From the IMG/VR virus record IMGVR_UViG_3300049137_000145, positions 29,477-93,476 of that record: 64,000 nucleotides of DNA; one strand, 5' to 3'. The stretch is from a virus. The position numbers were made by a program, and so were the translations under genes. Below the pieces are notes generated by a model. The model was not told where the DNA came from and did not search any database. It saw nothing but the letters and a program-made list of their open reading frames with translations. Of this stretch, positions 8,811 to 19,032 are shown one piece after another (positions within the stretch are counted from its first letter, which is position 1; each line of letters begins with the position of its first letter).

Positions 8811-10054
8811 GCAGACATGTCGCGCAGCCGGTCCACCACCGCGCGGCAGTCCGACGCGGCCCGGTGGTCCCCGCCGTACAGAGGTTGCCAGCGATAACTG
8901 CCGTGGTAATCGGACCACTCCCCCACCCAGTCCGAGTAGGGCACTATCACGTCCTCGAACCGCATCGTCTCCAGCCACGCAGCGGCGGACGCGGCCGGGT
9001 CGTCGTGCCCGGCCTCGCGGTAGTGCAACGTCAGCTCGTGGCGCAGCCGGCCGACGTCGAACCCCCGGTTGTAAATCAGGCACCGGCGATTGATCAGTGC
9101 GCCGGTGAGCTGCACCAGGACGTCGCCGAACCGGGGCTGTCCCCGAACGTCGGTATCCGTGATGCCGTGGATACCGGACGCCTCCGCTGGGATAGGTTCG
9201 CCCGGGTCCAGCAGCGTGTCCACCAGGACGTCCCCGCCGACGGTCAGTACGGCCAGGTCCACGATGCGCGCTCCGTCGTGCAGTCCGGTCGTCTCTGTGT
9301 CCAGGACCACCACGCCCGGGTCCGTGAGGATGTCCCGCGCCCACGCGGACAGCTCGGCGACCTCACGCCGCCGGGCCTCCTCGGCCAAGCGCGCGTTCTC
9401 CTCGGCCTCGCGGCGCTGTGCCTCGTACCAGCGGCCGTACGCCTCGCCGCACGGCGGGCATCGGCGGGGACCGATCCACGTTCCGGCCGCCCTCGCCTCG
9501 GCGATCTCCTTGTCCGTGGATGTTTGCACGGTGCACGGCTGCTGCGGGCAACCAGGACAGGTACGGCGCCATGCAGCCTCGCGCTCCTCCTCAGCCTGCT
9601 TACGGACTGCCTTGCGGATTCGGCACGGATCGCACGCTGACCACCCGTACACGTCCTTCGGCAGCGCGGCCCCGGCCTCGCGCCTGCACCAGTGACAGGT
9701 GCGCGCCCGGCGTTCCTGCGCCTCTTGCTGCACCCGCTTCTGACACTCGGTGCACCTGGTGTAGACGACGTACCCGCGCACCTCGCGGCACTCGGGGCAG
9801 GTACGCCGGGCCTCCATGGCCCGTTTCTGCTTGGCGGACAGCGGTCGCATCCGGGCGGCGTCGGCCGGGTCGTACAGGGGGAACTCACCCCAACCGTCCC
9901 CGCGCCGGTAGGCCCGCAACAGCGCCACCGGCTCCTGCCCCTCGGCAGGCTTCAGCCGGTCCGCTTTCAGCTCAGTCACCGTGCGCAGGTGCCGGTGATG
10001 CTCGGGGATGTCCCGGCGCTCGTAGACCGGGAGAGACGTGGTGGTGTCGGTCAT
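8783..10054 (-). CDS. DEDDh (DnaQ-like) 3'-5' exonuclease with N-terminal multi-CxxC zinc-ribbon region
   Basis: Exo I VVLDTETTGL, Exo II IYNRGFDVGRL, Exo III HRAASDCRAV. At least 5 CxxC pairs are in the N-terminal half. Confidence 0.85.
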   Translation of the reverse strand: MTDTTTSLPVYERRDIPEHHRHLRTVTELKADRLKPAEGQEPVALLRAYRRGDGWGEFPLYDPADAARMRPLSAKQKRAMEARRTCPECREVRGYVVYTRCTECQKRVQQEAQERRARTCHWCRREAGAALPKDVYGWSACDPCRIRKAVRKQAEEEREAAWRRTCPGCPQQPCTVQTSTDKEIAEARAAGTWIGPRRCPPCGEAYGRWYEAQRREAEENARLAEEARRREVAELSAWARDILTDPGVVVLDTETTGLHDGARIVDLAVLTVGGDVLVDTLLDPGEPIPAEASGIHGITDTDVRGQPRFGDVLVQLTGALINRRCLIYNRGFDVGRLRHELTLHYREAGHDDPAASAAAWLETMRFEDVIVPYSDWVGEWSDYHGSYRWQPLYGGDHRAASDCRAVVDRLRDMSAGVAAPAEA

Positions 10055-10090
10055 GTCGGAAAGCTACCGCGAGGCACTGACAATGGGTGG

Positions 10091-10342
10091 TCACTCTGGA
10101 AGAGTTGGCCCTTCCGGGGCGCGGAGCTGGTAGTCAGGGCACTTGCCTGGGTCACCCCACGAGGCCGTGTGCGGCTCTCGGCTGTCACACCAAGGGCACG
10201 GGAGAACGGGGCGGCCCTGGTTGCCTTCGATGCCGCAGTGCCCGACGTTCCCGAATCGGGCGTTGCTGTAGACGACGACGGCCTGACGGCCGCAGGTGCA
10301 CAGCTCACCGGGCGTGGCGGGCCGTTCTGTCGAGTCGGTCAC
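10091..10342 (-). CDS. hypothetical Cys-rich protein (83 aa)
   Basis: Listed ORF with a 4-nt overlap to the upstream gene. Contains CTCG...HCG...CPWC. Confidence 0.55.
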   Translation of the reverse strand: MTDSTERPATPGELCTCGRQAVVVYSNARFGNVGHCGIEGNQGRPVLPCPWCDSREPHTASWGDPGKCPDYQLRAPEGPTLPE

Positions 10343-10590
10343 CGCCTGGCCTCCCGCACACCGGCGACGACCCCGTCCAGGAAGGCGTACACGCTCGCCC
10401 GGTCCATCGGGCTCTGGCCACTGCCGCCTACGTGCACCGCGTACCTGTCGTCGTCCAGACTGACGACGTGGATGCGCAGCCCGGTCTCAGTGGCTGCAAC
10501 TCCGGCAGTCCACTGAACCTCCAGGTGCGGGGGCCAGTTCGGGTCATACGGCGGGTTGTGGCTTCCGTCGGGGTTTCTCGTGACGTCCAT
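10339..10590 (-). CDS. hypothetical protein (83 aa)
   Basis: Listed ORF with plausible composition, in an operon with 10091. Confidence 0.55.
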   Translation of the reverse strand: MDVTRNPDGSHNPPYDPNWPPHLEVQWTAGVAATETGLRIHVVSLDDDRYAVHVGGSGQSPMDRASVYAFLDGVVAGVREARR

Positions 10591-10635
10591 GGCCGCAGGC
10601 TATCGGTGGCCGCCGACGGTCGGGGTCCGACCCGC

Positions 10636-11067
10636 TCAAGTCCACTCGCGCGAGGCGAGCAGCGCGGCGCCCGCCCACACCGCGCCCCACACGAGGACCG
10701 GTGCAGGGACGCCGACGGTGAAGGCGACAGCGGCTGTGATCGCGGCGGACAGCCACCCGGACACGCACCACGGGCAGGAGACCAGTTCGGCCAGCCAATG
10801 CGGCGACCACTTGGCCCGGCGCACGTACCGGTTCGTCTGTCCGTCAATGAGCGTCAACGTACCGAGGGCCGGGTGACGGACGAAGGGTTCGTCGTCCGAC
10901 GGACGGGCCGGGGTCCACTTCTCCTGCTCCTTCTCCGTCAACGGGCGCCAGCCGCCGGCGAGACGGTCGCGCAGCCAGAGCACGGGCGGGAACGTGTCCT
11001 TCGCGACCAGGCGCGAGGCGCGATACGCGGCAAGAATCATGCAGGCGATGAGCAGCCAGGTGGACAT
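10636..11067 (-). CDS. DUF1360-like membrane protein (143 aa)
   Basis: Internal ATG MSTWLLIACMILAAYRASRLVAKDTFPP...CPWCVSGW.... The hydrophobic ends recall the DUF1360 family (from memory). Confidence 0.6.
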   Translation of the reverse strand: MSTWLLIACMILAAYRASRLVAKDTFPPVLWLRDRLAGGWRPLTEKEQEKWTPARPSDDEPFVRHPALGTLTLIDGQTNRYVRRAKWSPHWLAELVSCPWCVSGWLSAAITAAVAFTVGVPAPVLVWGAVWAGAALLASREWT

Positions 11068-11180
11068 GATCGGGCTCCGGGATCTACGGGCGGGACGCCC
11101 TGTCGGGTGGCGTGCTGGGGGCGGCCACCTGGTTGAGCGCCCCGCCGTAGGAGAGACGTTCCGCCAGACGGCCGGTTGCG

Positions 11181-11547
11181 TCAAGCCACGAGACGGCCGG
11201 GCGGAGAGACGGAAGCAGGCACCGGCGCGGTGACGTTCGGCCGGGTGAACAGCCACGCGACGATCATCATGACGGCGCCGACGACCTTCGCCTGCGTCTC
11301 GGCGTCCCAGTCGAACCCGAAGTACGCGGTAAGCGAGACGCCCGCGACCACGAGGCCGTTCAGGGCCGCGATGATGCCGTCCCCGACCTGTACGGCGACG
11401 ACGATGCCGAGCACGGCGGCGACGATGGCGGTGATGATGGACTGGAGTTTCGGGTCGAACCCGAGGCTGAACGCGCTCAGGATCTGCCACACCGCTCCGA
11501 CGGCCGCCAGCCACACGGCCGGCTCCCTGCCGTAGACCTTGCCCATG
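11181..11547 (-). CDS. small multi-pass membrane protein (122 aa; holin-like topology, function unknown)
   Basis: MGKVYGREPAVWLAAVGAVWQIL... has 3-4 hydrophobic segments. RBS GGGAGGAATC precedes the ATG. Confidence 0.6.
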
Positions 11548-11616
11548 ATTCCTCCCGAGGAAGAGACCCGGGCAGGGTAGGGCAGATCCGCTGATTCACC
11601 ATCTCGGAGCACGACG

Positions 11617-11647
11617 AAGCCCCGGGCCGCGAGGGCGCCGGGGCTTC
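11617..11647 (-). terminator. hairpin after the SF3 helicase gene
   Basis: GAAGCCCCGG-n11-CCGGGGCTTC. Confidence 0.6.
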
Positions 11648-11661
11648 GGGGTTGGGCGGGA

Positions 11662-12603
11662 TCAGGCGGTCGCGTACCCCCGCACCGCGCCCTCCACGAT
11701 CCAGCGCAGAACGGCGCGCAGCGCTTCCGGCTCGCGGAGGCGTCGGTGCAGCTCCTGGTTCGTCTCACTCAGATTCCGGAACTCCACAGGGGAGATACGG
11801 CGTCGGGTCCCTTCGTCCGACGTCAGCTCATCCGGGCCGTAGTTCGTAGCGAGCAGCACTGTGTGAGAGCGCGGGAAGGTGATCGTGTCTTGACGCATCC
11901 GCCGTCCGTGGAAGTGGTCCATGCTCACGAGCCGCTTCACACGGTCCATGTCCTGGGGGCCGACGTCCTCCATTGCGATGAGCCGAGTACCCCTGAGGTC
12001 GATCAGGTCGAACGGACTGCGGAGGTTGCTCAGTTCACCGTGCGTGGACGCAGCATAGGTCCCCAGGGCCGCGCTGACAGCTCGCATGAACGTCGATTTA
12101 CCCGACGCCCCGGCCCCGTGAATGAGGACTGCTCGGTCCAGCGACCCTCCGGACACCGCCCAGGCGATGTGGTTTTGGAGCTGGGTGCGCCCGGTCTCGG
12201 GGATGGCCGCGAGCACCTGGTCCCACGCATCGGACTGGGCTTCGGAGTCGTATTCGACGGCCGCGACCTTGGTCATGAGCCGGGACTTGCTGTGCGGGCG
12301 GAGTTCTCCTGTGCGGAGGTTCACCACACCGTTGGGGACGTTGAGCAGGTCCGGGTACGGGTCCAGGTGGCTGGCGTCCACCTCCAGAGCGCTCCGGAGT
12401 TGGATGACTTGGCGAGCAGTCCAAGAACGGGCGCCCTGCTCTTCCAGATGCCGGTTCATCTTGTGGAGCGCGTCGGAGTTCGTCACCTCGTTCCAGACCT
12501 TGCCGGTCCAGTGCAGCCAACCGAGTCCCGGGTTCCAGAGGAGCCCCAGGTTCGGATCCTCCGCCATCTCTCGCAGCTTGTCGACCTTCACGGTAGCTTC
12601 CAT
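11662..12603 (-). CDS. SF3 helicase / P4-D5-type primase C-terminal NTPase (stand-alone paralogue of the middle domain of the Pol fusion)
   Basis: Motifs LNVPNGVVNLRTGELRPH, Walker A HGAGASGKS and Walker B LIAMEDV, collinear with residues about 370-640 of ORF 27468..31811. The start at MEATVKV follows GGAAAGGAAGACC. Confidence 0.8.
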   Translation of the reverse strand: MEATVKVDKLREMAEDPNLGLLWNPGLGWLHWTGKVWNEVTNSDALHKMNRHLEEQGARSWTARQVIQLRSALEVDASHLDPYPDLLNVPNGVVNLRTGELRPHSKSRLMTKVAAVEYDSEAQSDAWDQVLAAIPETGRTQLQNHIAWAVSGGSLDRAVLIHGAGASGKSTFMRAVSAALGTYAASTHGELSNLRSPFDLIDLRGTRLIAMEDVGPQDMDRVKRLVSMDHFHGRRMRQDTITFPRSHTVLLATNYGPDELTSDEGTRRRISPVEFRNLSETNQELHRRLREPEALRAVLRWIVEGAVRGYATA

Positions 12604-12621
12604 GGTCTTCCTTTCCGCGGT

Positions 12622-12670
12622 CACCGATGAATTTACTAAACCATGCTTCCGTACTCCGGACAACCCCGCG
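12622..12670 (-). promoter_or_regulatory. conserved phage promoter
   Basis: Minus strand GGGGTTGTCC: -35 is rc of 12658-12663, spacer 17 nt, -10 TTTAGT is rc of 12635-12640, followed by AAATTCATCGG. Confidence 0.7.
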
Positions 12671-12727
12671 TCACCCGACCGGGGCGGCGATTCTTCAACC
12701 GTCCGCCCGAATCACCAACTCCGCACG

Positions 12728-14098
12728 TCACCCGATGGTGCGAGCCGCCGTGGACAGGCCCTTGGACGTGGTGATGCCGGTCATCGTGGCCTTCACGATG
12801 CGCTGGTGCCAGGCCGGCCAGACCATCGCGTCCAGCCGGTCCGGGGACCAGTCCAGCTCGTCGTACCAGGTGCACATCTGGTCCTCCAGCTCGGGGAACT
12901 CCCCCGCCATGTGCCACCGGCCCTGCTCGGACAGCGCGCTCACCGGCTCGGCGCGGACCTTCTTGCCCCGGGTGGCACGTACGGTCTTGATCGGTATGCG
13001 TACACCCATCGCGTCGGCCACCGCCCGGATCGTGTTGACTGCCATGTCCCCGCCGAAGTTGACCTCCACGCAGATGTCGTCCGCGTCGTAGTCGACGGCC
13101 GCCTGGACCGCGCGCCGGCCCCACCCGTCCGGGGAGAGGTGACAGGACCGGTCGGCGAGGACGTAGCCGTGGGCGAGTTGCGTCGGTCGCTGGTCTCCAG
13201 CGATCTCGCGGTAGTGCACCTGCATCGCCTTGCCCACCACGACGATGCCCTGCTCGCCCCGGCCGCCCGAGGGGTCCACGCCGACGGAGATCCGCGCCAG
13301 GTCCGGGAGGTCTGCTGGACGCACCCGGTGCGCGTCGATCACCGCCCGGGTCCACAGGGCGTTCTCGTCCTGGTCGATGATCTCGGCATGGAGTTCCTGG
13401 CGGCCTATCTGCGTGTTGCCGTAGGCGTCCTCCAGTGCGGCCTTGATGTCCTCGGGCAGGTGCGGGTTGTCGTACATAGACGCCCGGGTGCGCACGACGT
13501 TCTCGACTCCGCCGGACGCTAGTTTCTTGATCAGCGCCCGGGGCTTCGGGGTGGTGGAGGCCACCCAGTGCGGGCGCGGCCCCGTGCGCAGACCGAAGCG
13601 CATCTGGTCCCAGGTGTCGTCCAGGTACCTCCAGGCGGCCAGCTCCTCCAACCAGGACAGGCACCGGTTGCCTCCGGACCGCAGACGCTCGACACTCCCG
13701 GGACTGTCCGCCCCGAACAGTTTGGCCTCGGACCCGTTCGGCCAGCGGATGACCGTACCGCCCTGCACGGTCATCATCCGTGCCTCGGGGCTGTGCACCC
13801 GCAGGCCCGACGGGCCGGCGTAGCAGGATGTCGCCGCGTCGCCGAGGGTCGGTGCGATGATCCCGACCCAGTGCGGGACGGGGCCGGGCAGACACGGCGG
13901 GCCCATGACGTGTTCGTGGACGTACCGTGCGCAAGCGTCCGTCTTGCCGGCGCCACGACCGGCCAGCAGCAGCCATCCGTACCAGTCGCCGTCGGGCGGG
14001 ACCTGGTGGGGCAGCGGTGTCCAGCGCGGTTCGGACAGGGTGCGCGCGTGCATCAGCAATTTCTCGGCCGCGCTCCGGCTCAGCATCCGGTCCACCAT
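12728..14098 (-). CDS. terL: terminase large subunit
   Basis: Walker A LLLAGRGAGKTD, with a C-terminal RNaseH-like nuclease region. The start is taken at MVDRML (14098) just after terminator 14146-14181; the upstream part of the listed 519-aa ORF looks non-coding. Confidence 0.85.
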   Translation of the reverse strand: MVDRMLSRSAAEKLLMHARTLSEPRWTPLPHQVPPDGDWYGWLLLAGRGAGKTDACARYVHEHVMGPPCLPGPVPHWVGIIAPTLGDAATSCYAGPSGLRVHSPEARMMTVQGGTVIRWPNGSEAKLFGADSPGSVERLRSGGNRCLSWLEELAAWRYLDDTWDQMRFGLRTGPRPHWVASTTPKPRALIKKLASGGVENVVRTRASMYDNPHLPEDIKAALEDAYGNTQIGRQELHAEIIDQDENALWTRAVIDAHRVRPADLPDLARISVGVDPSGGRGEQGIVVVGKAMQVHYREIAGDQRPTQLAHGYVLADRSCHLSPDGWGRRAVQAAVDYDADDICVEVNFGGDMAVNTIRAVADAMGVRIPIKTVRATRGKKVRAEPVSALSEQGRWHMAGEFPELEDQMCTWYDELDWSPDRLDAMVWPAWHQRIVKATMTGITTSKGLSTAARTIG

Positions 14099-14145
14099 GA
14101 CGGCTATTGTCGGCCGTCTTGCGGCGCATGGTTTCCGGAGACGCA

Positions 14146-14181
14146 GCGAGGCCCGCCCCACGGGGGAAGGGCGGGCCTCGC
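14146..14181 (-). terminator. 13-bp GC hairpin
   Basis: GCGAGGCCCGCCC-n10-GGGCGGGCCTCGC. Confidence 0.6.
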
Positions 14182-14213
14182 TCTGCCGGTTGGAGTCAGC
14201 AGCGTGGTCCAGT

Positions 14214-15493
<1,280 letters not shown>

Positions 15494-16315
15494 TCAGGTC
15501 GTCGCGGGCTCGGGAATCAGGCCGAGGCGACGGGCCTTGCGCAGGGCGGCCGGCAGTCGCGTTCCCTTCTCCATCCACGAGACGTCCAGCCGCCTGTACG
15601 CCTCGGACAGCCGGGACGCACAGGACCCCGCCGGCATCCCCAGCCGGACGGCAGTCTGCGCCAGAGACGTTCCTTTCTCCATCTCCAGCAGGATGCTGAC
15701 CTGCGTCTCGGACAGACGGACCGGACTCTGTGCGCTGCTCGGCCGGGGCGTGGGTTCGCTGCGGAGAAGGCCCCGCATCCGGGCCTCGCGCAGCGCTACC
15801 TCGCGGCGGACCGGGGGCGGGAGCTGGGAGACGCCGAGCACGGCGTACGCCTCGGCGGTGAGGGTTTTGACGGTCTGATGGCTGACGCCCCACGCCTTGC
15901 ACACCTGCTCCTGTGTGCGTCCCGCATCGAACGCGCGCAGGAGTCGGACATGCGGTTCCCTGAGCTGGGTCGGGCGGCGAGCGGCGGCGTCGGCGTCCAT
16001 GCGTTCCCGGTTGCCGCGCTTGCAGGCTGCACATACGGATTCGTCTTGCTTGATGTGGCGCCGGTAGGCGGCGAGGAGTCCGCAGTCCTCATAGGGCCCG
16101 ATGTGCCCGGCCAGCAGCCCGTTCCGGACGGCCTGCGCGGCGGTGGCCACACCCATAACCTCGTAGATCCGGGTGCAGGTCTTCCGTATGACACTGGGGG
16201 CCCGGCCGGTCATGCGTGCAATGTCGGCGCAGGTGTGCCCGGTGGACAGTAGCCACAGGATACGCCGTTGACCTTCCGTCAGGACGACGGGTTGCGGTGT
16301 GGTGACCGTGTCCAT
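15494..16315 (-). CDS. transcriptional regulator with three tandem LuxR/GerE-type HTH modules
   Basis: Three repeats: LTEGQRRILWLLSTGHTCADIARMTGRAPSVIRK, LREPHVRLLRAFDAGRTQEQVCKAWGVSHQTVK and LSETQVSILLEMEKGTSLAQTAVRLGMPAGSCAS. The start at MDTVTT follows GAAAGGAG. Confidence 0.75.
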   Translation of the reverse strand: MDTVTTPQPVVLTEGQRRILWLLSTGHTCADIARMTGRAPSVIRKTCTRIYEVMGVATAAQAVRNGLLAGHIGPYEDCGLLAAYRRHIKQDESVCAACKRGNRERMDADAAARRPTQLREPHVRLLRAFDAGRTQEQVCKAWGVSHQTVKTLTAEAYAVLGVSQLPPPVRREVALREARMRGLLRSEPTPRPSSAQSPVRLSETQVSILLEMEKGTSLAQTAVRLGMPAGSCASRLSEAYRRLDVSWMEKGTRLPAALRKARRLGLIPEPATT

Positions 16316-16343
16316 CGGGGCTGCTCCTTTCGTAGATTGGGGT

Positions 16344-16376
16344 GGGCCCCGGGTCACGTCCACTGACCCGGGGCCC
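16344..16376 (-). terminator. 13-bp GC hairpin in the leader of the triple-HTH regulator gene (terminator/attenuator)
   Basis: GGGCCCCGGGTCA-n7-TGACCCGGGGCCC, located between the AT-rich boxes (16430-16468) and the RBS. Confidence 0.5.
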
Positions 16377-16424
16377 TTGTCGACCGGCGACGTCCCGGGT
16401 CTGATCACCGGGTCTGCCAGGACA

Positions 16425-16470
16425 CTCTCATTTAGTTAAATCCCCTGTTGATGGTTTTGTTAAACCATCT
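16425..16470 (-). promoter_or_regulatory. two degenerate AT-rich promoter-type boxes
   Basis: Minus strand ATGGTTTAACAAAACCATC and GATTTAACTAAATGA. There is no clear -35. Confidence 0.35.
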
Positions 16471-16761
16471 TGGACGCCGCCCGCGCGGCTATCCGGTTCG
16501 CCAGTGACCACAGCAGCCGGGCCGCAGACGGCGGTTTGCGAGTCGGCGTCGGGGCCGCACCTATGACGGACGGATCCATAACCCGGCTCGCGGCTACGGC
16601 TGCCTTCCGGGCATTGGCCGAGGGCCACCCCTGGGTGGTCTCATCAACGGCCGCCACGGCCGCATCGAACAGACAGGCGCTGATGGTCACGCCGCCCGCA
16701 CGTGCATCCACCACAGCGCGGCGGACTTCTTTCAGCAGTCGTTCCGTCCCAAGATCTCGCA
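16460..16761 (-). CDS. hypothetical protein (100 aa)
   Basis: MRDLGTERLLKEVRR... starts directly after the stop of 16762..17850. It is the C-terminal part of listed ORF 16460..17416. Confidence 0.5.
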
Positions 16762-17850
16762 TCACAGCTCCAGCCATATCGGGTTGGCGAGCGACCAGCG
16801 CACGGTGCGCCCGATGGACGACTCCAGCGGCATCGGCGGCTTCCACCCCAGAGCAGCGAGCCGCGAGCCGTCTAGGGCGTAGCGCAGGTCGTGCCCCGGC
16901 CGCGAGGCGTGGAAGGAGATGGGCTCGATGAGGTCGTCCACCGCGGCGGGGTCCAGTCCCATGGCCTCTCCGACCATGTGCACCAGCTCCACGTTGTCTA
17001 CCTCGCGCTCGCCGACGATGTTGTACCGCTCGGGCCTGGTGAAAGCGCCGTCCCGGTACTGCGCCGGGCCCATCGCGATGTGTATGCGCTCGCCGCTGAG
17101 GGTGGTCACCTCGGGTTCGTCCTCGGTGTACCGCCGGGTCAGCCACAGCCACGCGTCGGCGAGGTTGCGCGCGTGCAGGTAGAAGCGGGAGCCGGGGGTG
17201 CCGTCGGGCGCAACGTGCACCAGAAGGGGGCGGCCCGCGCGCAGGCACTTGATGATTTTCGGCAAGAACTTCTCGCCGTCCTGCATCTCCCCGATGATGT
17301 TCATGGTGTTGGTCAGGACGACCGGCACACCGTAGGTCCGCCAGTAACTGACCGCGATGGACTCCTGCGCCGCCTTGCTCGCGCTGTACGGGTTGGACGG
17401 CACGGCCGGCTCCCACTCCGCGTGCCGGTGCTCCCCGTAGGCCGGGCCGTAGACCTCGTCGGTGGACATCTGGAGGAACAGGCGCGGCTGGATGGCCCGG
17501 GCGACCTCCAGCACGTTCAGCATCAGCGCGACGTTGTTCTGCACAAACGGCACCGGATGGGCGATGCTGCGGTCTACGTGGCTCTCGCTGGCGACGTTCA
17601 TGATCACGTCGCAGCCGTCGAACTGGTGCAGCGTCAGTGGGTCGGCCGGCGCCCGCATGTCCCAGTGCACCACGTCCACGCGCCCTGCCCAGTCCGTGTC
17701 GGATACGGCGGATGCGATCCGGGCCGGCAGACCCTTGTGGTGGAAGCTGACCGGGCAGACGACGTCCCAGTCCGTGTTTGTCAGCAGGTGCCGCAGGACG
17801 TGGCTCCCGACGAAACCGGCCGCACCGGTGAGCAGTATGCGCATGGCCAC
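16762..17850 (-). CDS. NAD-dependent sugar-nucleotide 4,6-dehydratase/epimerase (RmlB-like SDR)
   Basis: Rossmann motif ILLTGAAGFVGSH, then STDEVYG and catalytic YSASKAA (YxxxK). Confidence 0.85.
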   Translation of the reverse strand: MAMRILLTGAAGFVGSHVLRHLLTNTDWDVVCPVSFHHKGLPARIASAVSDTDWAGRVDVVHWDMRAPADPLTLHQFDGCDVIMNVASESHVDRSIAHPVPFVQNNVALMLNVLEVARAIQPRLFLQMSTDEVYGPAYGEHRHAEWEPAVPSNPYSASKAAQESIAVSYWRTYGVPVVLTNTMNIIGEMQDGEKFLPKIIKCLRAGRPLLVHVAPDGTPGSRFYLHARNLADAWLWLTRRYTEDEPEVTTLSGERIHIAMGPAQYRDGAFTRPERYNIVGEREVDNVELVHMVGEAMGLDPAAVDDLIEPISFHASRPGHDLRYALDGSRLAALGWKPPMPLESSIGRTVRWSLANPIWLEL

Positions 17851-18055
17851 CCGTTCCTAGGTCCCTGGTCGTGGCCGGATCGTAGCCAGGGACCGGGAAA
17901 TCGCCGAACGCGCAGGAACCGCCCGATGCGGCGTCGGGCGGTTCCTGTTTTCTGCGCGTGACGTCAGGTCAGATACCCGCTGTCGTGCCGGGTCACTCCC
18001 ATCGGAACAGACCGGCCCCCGCAAAACGGATAGAGGCCGGTCAGCACTCCGTGCG

Positions 18056-18343
18056 TCACACGGTGTCCCTGGCGTTGCCGTCGTAGGAGCGCTCGATGTA
18101 GAGCACCGACTCGGAGGTCCCGTTCTCGTACTCGGTACGCAGGCTGTTCAGGGCCGCATCGAGGTACGGCAGGAACTGCTCTGCTGCCACGCGCCGGTCC
18201 CCGTTGTTCGTCGTGAGCACGATCTGAACGGGCAGGTTGTCGCTGGTCTCCAGGCTGTACGTGATCCGCGAGGTGTCGAACCCGTCGGTGGGAAGAGGCA
18301 CGTCTGTCTCCTGTCGTGGATGGACGAACCCGGATGATGCCAC
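18056..18343 (-). CDS. hypothetical protein (95 aa)
   Basis: Listed ORF with normal composition. Confidence 0.55.
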   Translation of the reverse strand: MASSGFVHPRQETDVPLPTDGFDTSRITYSLETSDNLPVQIVLTTNNGDRRVAAEQFLPYLDAALNSLRTEYENGTSESVLYIERSYDGNARDTV

Positions 18344-18359
18344 CTGTCGCCCGGCTCAC

Positions 18360-19001
18360 CTACTGACCGTCGTCCGGATCGTCCGTCTCACTGACGACTT
18401 CGCCCTCCAGCGTGCGCAGGTGCGCGCCGGCTGCCTCCAGCATCCGCTGCCGCTGCGCAGGCTCCAGCTCCACCGCGTTGGCGCCGGCCAGGATGGCCTC
18501 CACCACCACGGTCGTCTCCTCGTCCACCCGGCGGTCCAGCGCGATGGTCAGCTTCTCCGAGGCGTCCGTACCGTCGATCTTGGCCTGTCGCTCCTCGATG
18601 CGCTGGAGTCGGTCGATGCATGCGAGGACCACGCTGTCGTCGCGCAACGGGTTGCCGTCCTCGTCCTTGACGATCTGCCCTTGATAGAGGACGTAGTGCG
18701 GCCGGGCAAGCACCGCGTGGACCTGGCGGCGCATCCCGTCCAGCCGCATCCGCGCCGCCTCGCGGTACTCCTCCAGTCCCATGGCCAGTTCCTTGTTGGC
18801 TTGCTTCAGCGCGCGGGAGACGTCCACGCAGGCCGCCGCCGCCGAGGGGTTGCCCTCGGAGTCCAGGTAGTGCGGGGACATCTGCTCGGCGACCTGCTGC
18901 CAGGACAGGCCCCGGTTCTTCAGTTCGATGGCCCGCGCCCGGCGTTGCGCCACCATCGCCCGGTGGCTCGGCTGGTGGCTGGGCGGATCACCCTTCGCCA
19001 T
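18360..19001 (-). CDS. possible terminase small subunit / HTH DNA-binding protein
   Basis: N-terminal HTH-like RAIELKNRGLSWQQVAEQM followed by a coiled-coil and an acidic tail, a typical actinophage TerS layout. It lies 4 kb from terL, so the call is tentative. Confidence 0.4.
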   Translation of the reverse strand: MAKGDPPSHQPSHRAMVAQRRARAIELKNRGLSWQQVAEQMSPHYLDSEGNPSAAAACVDVSRALKQANKELAMGLEEYREAARMRLDGMRRQVHAVLARPHYVLYQGQIVKDEDGNPLRDDSVVLACIDRLQRIEERQAKIDGTDASEKLTIALDRRVDEETTVVVEAILAGANAVELEPAQRQRMLEAAGAHLRTLEGEVVSETDDPDDGQ

Positions 19002-19032
19002 GGTCCTTAGCCTCCCTAACGATTAACAGCAC

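Noticed and set aside
12636-14129. 497-aa minus-strand ORF in another frame of the terL region.
   Set aside because: It is an off-frame ORF rich in R, G and P. The terL frame carries the Walker A motif and has normal composition.
17851-18055. ORF 17964..18359 and possible genes in this spacer.
   Set aside because: The ORF is off-frame over gene 18056..18343. The spacer contains only GC hairpins (for example AGGAACCGCCCG-n9-CGGGCGGTTCCT) that look like terminators.
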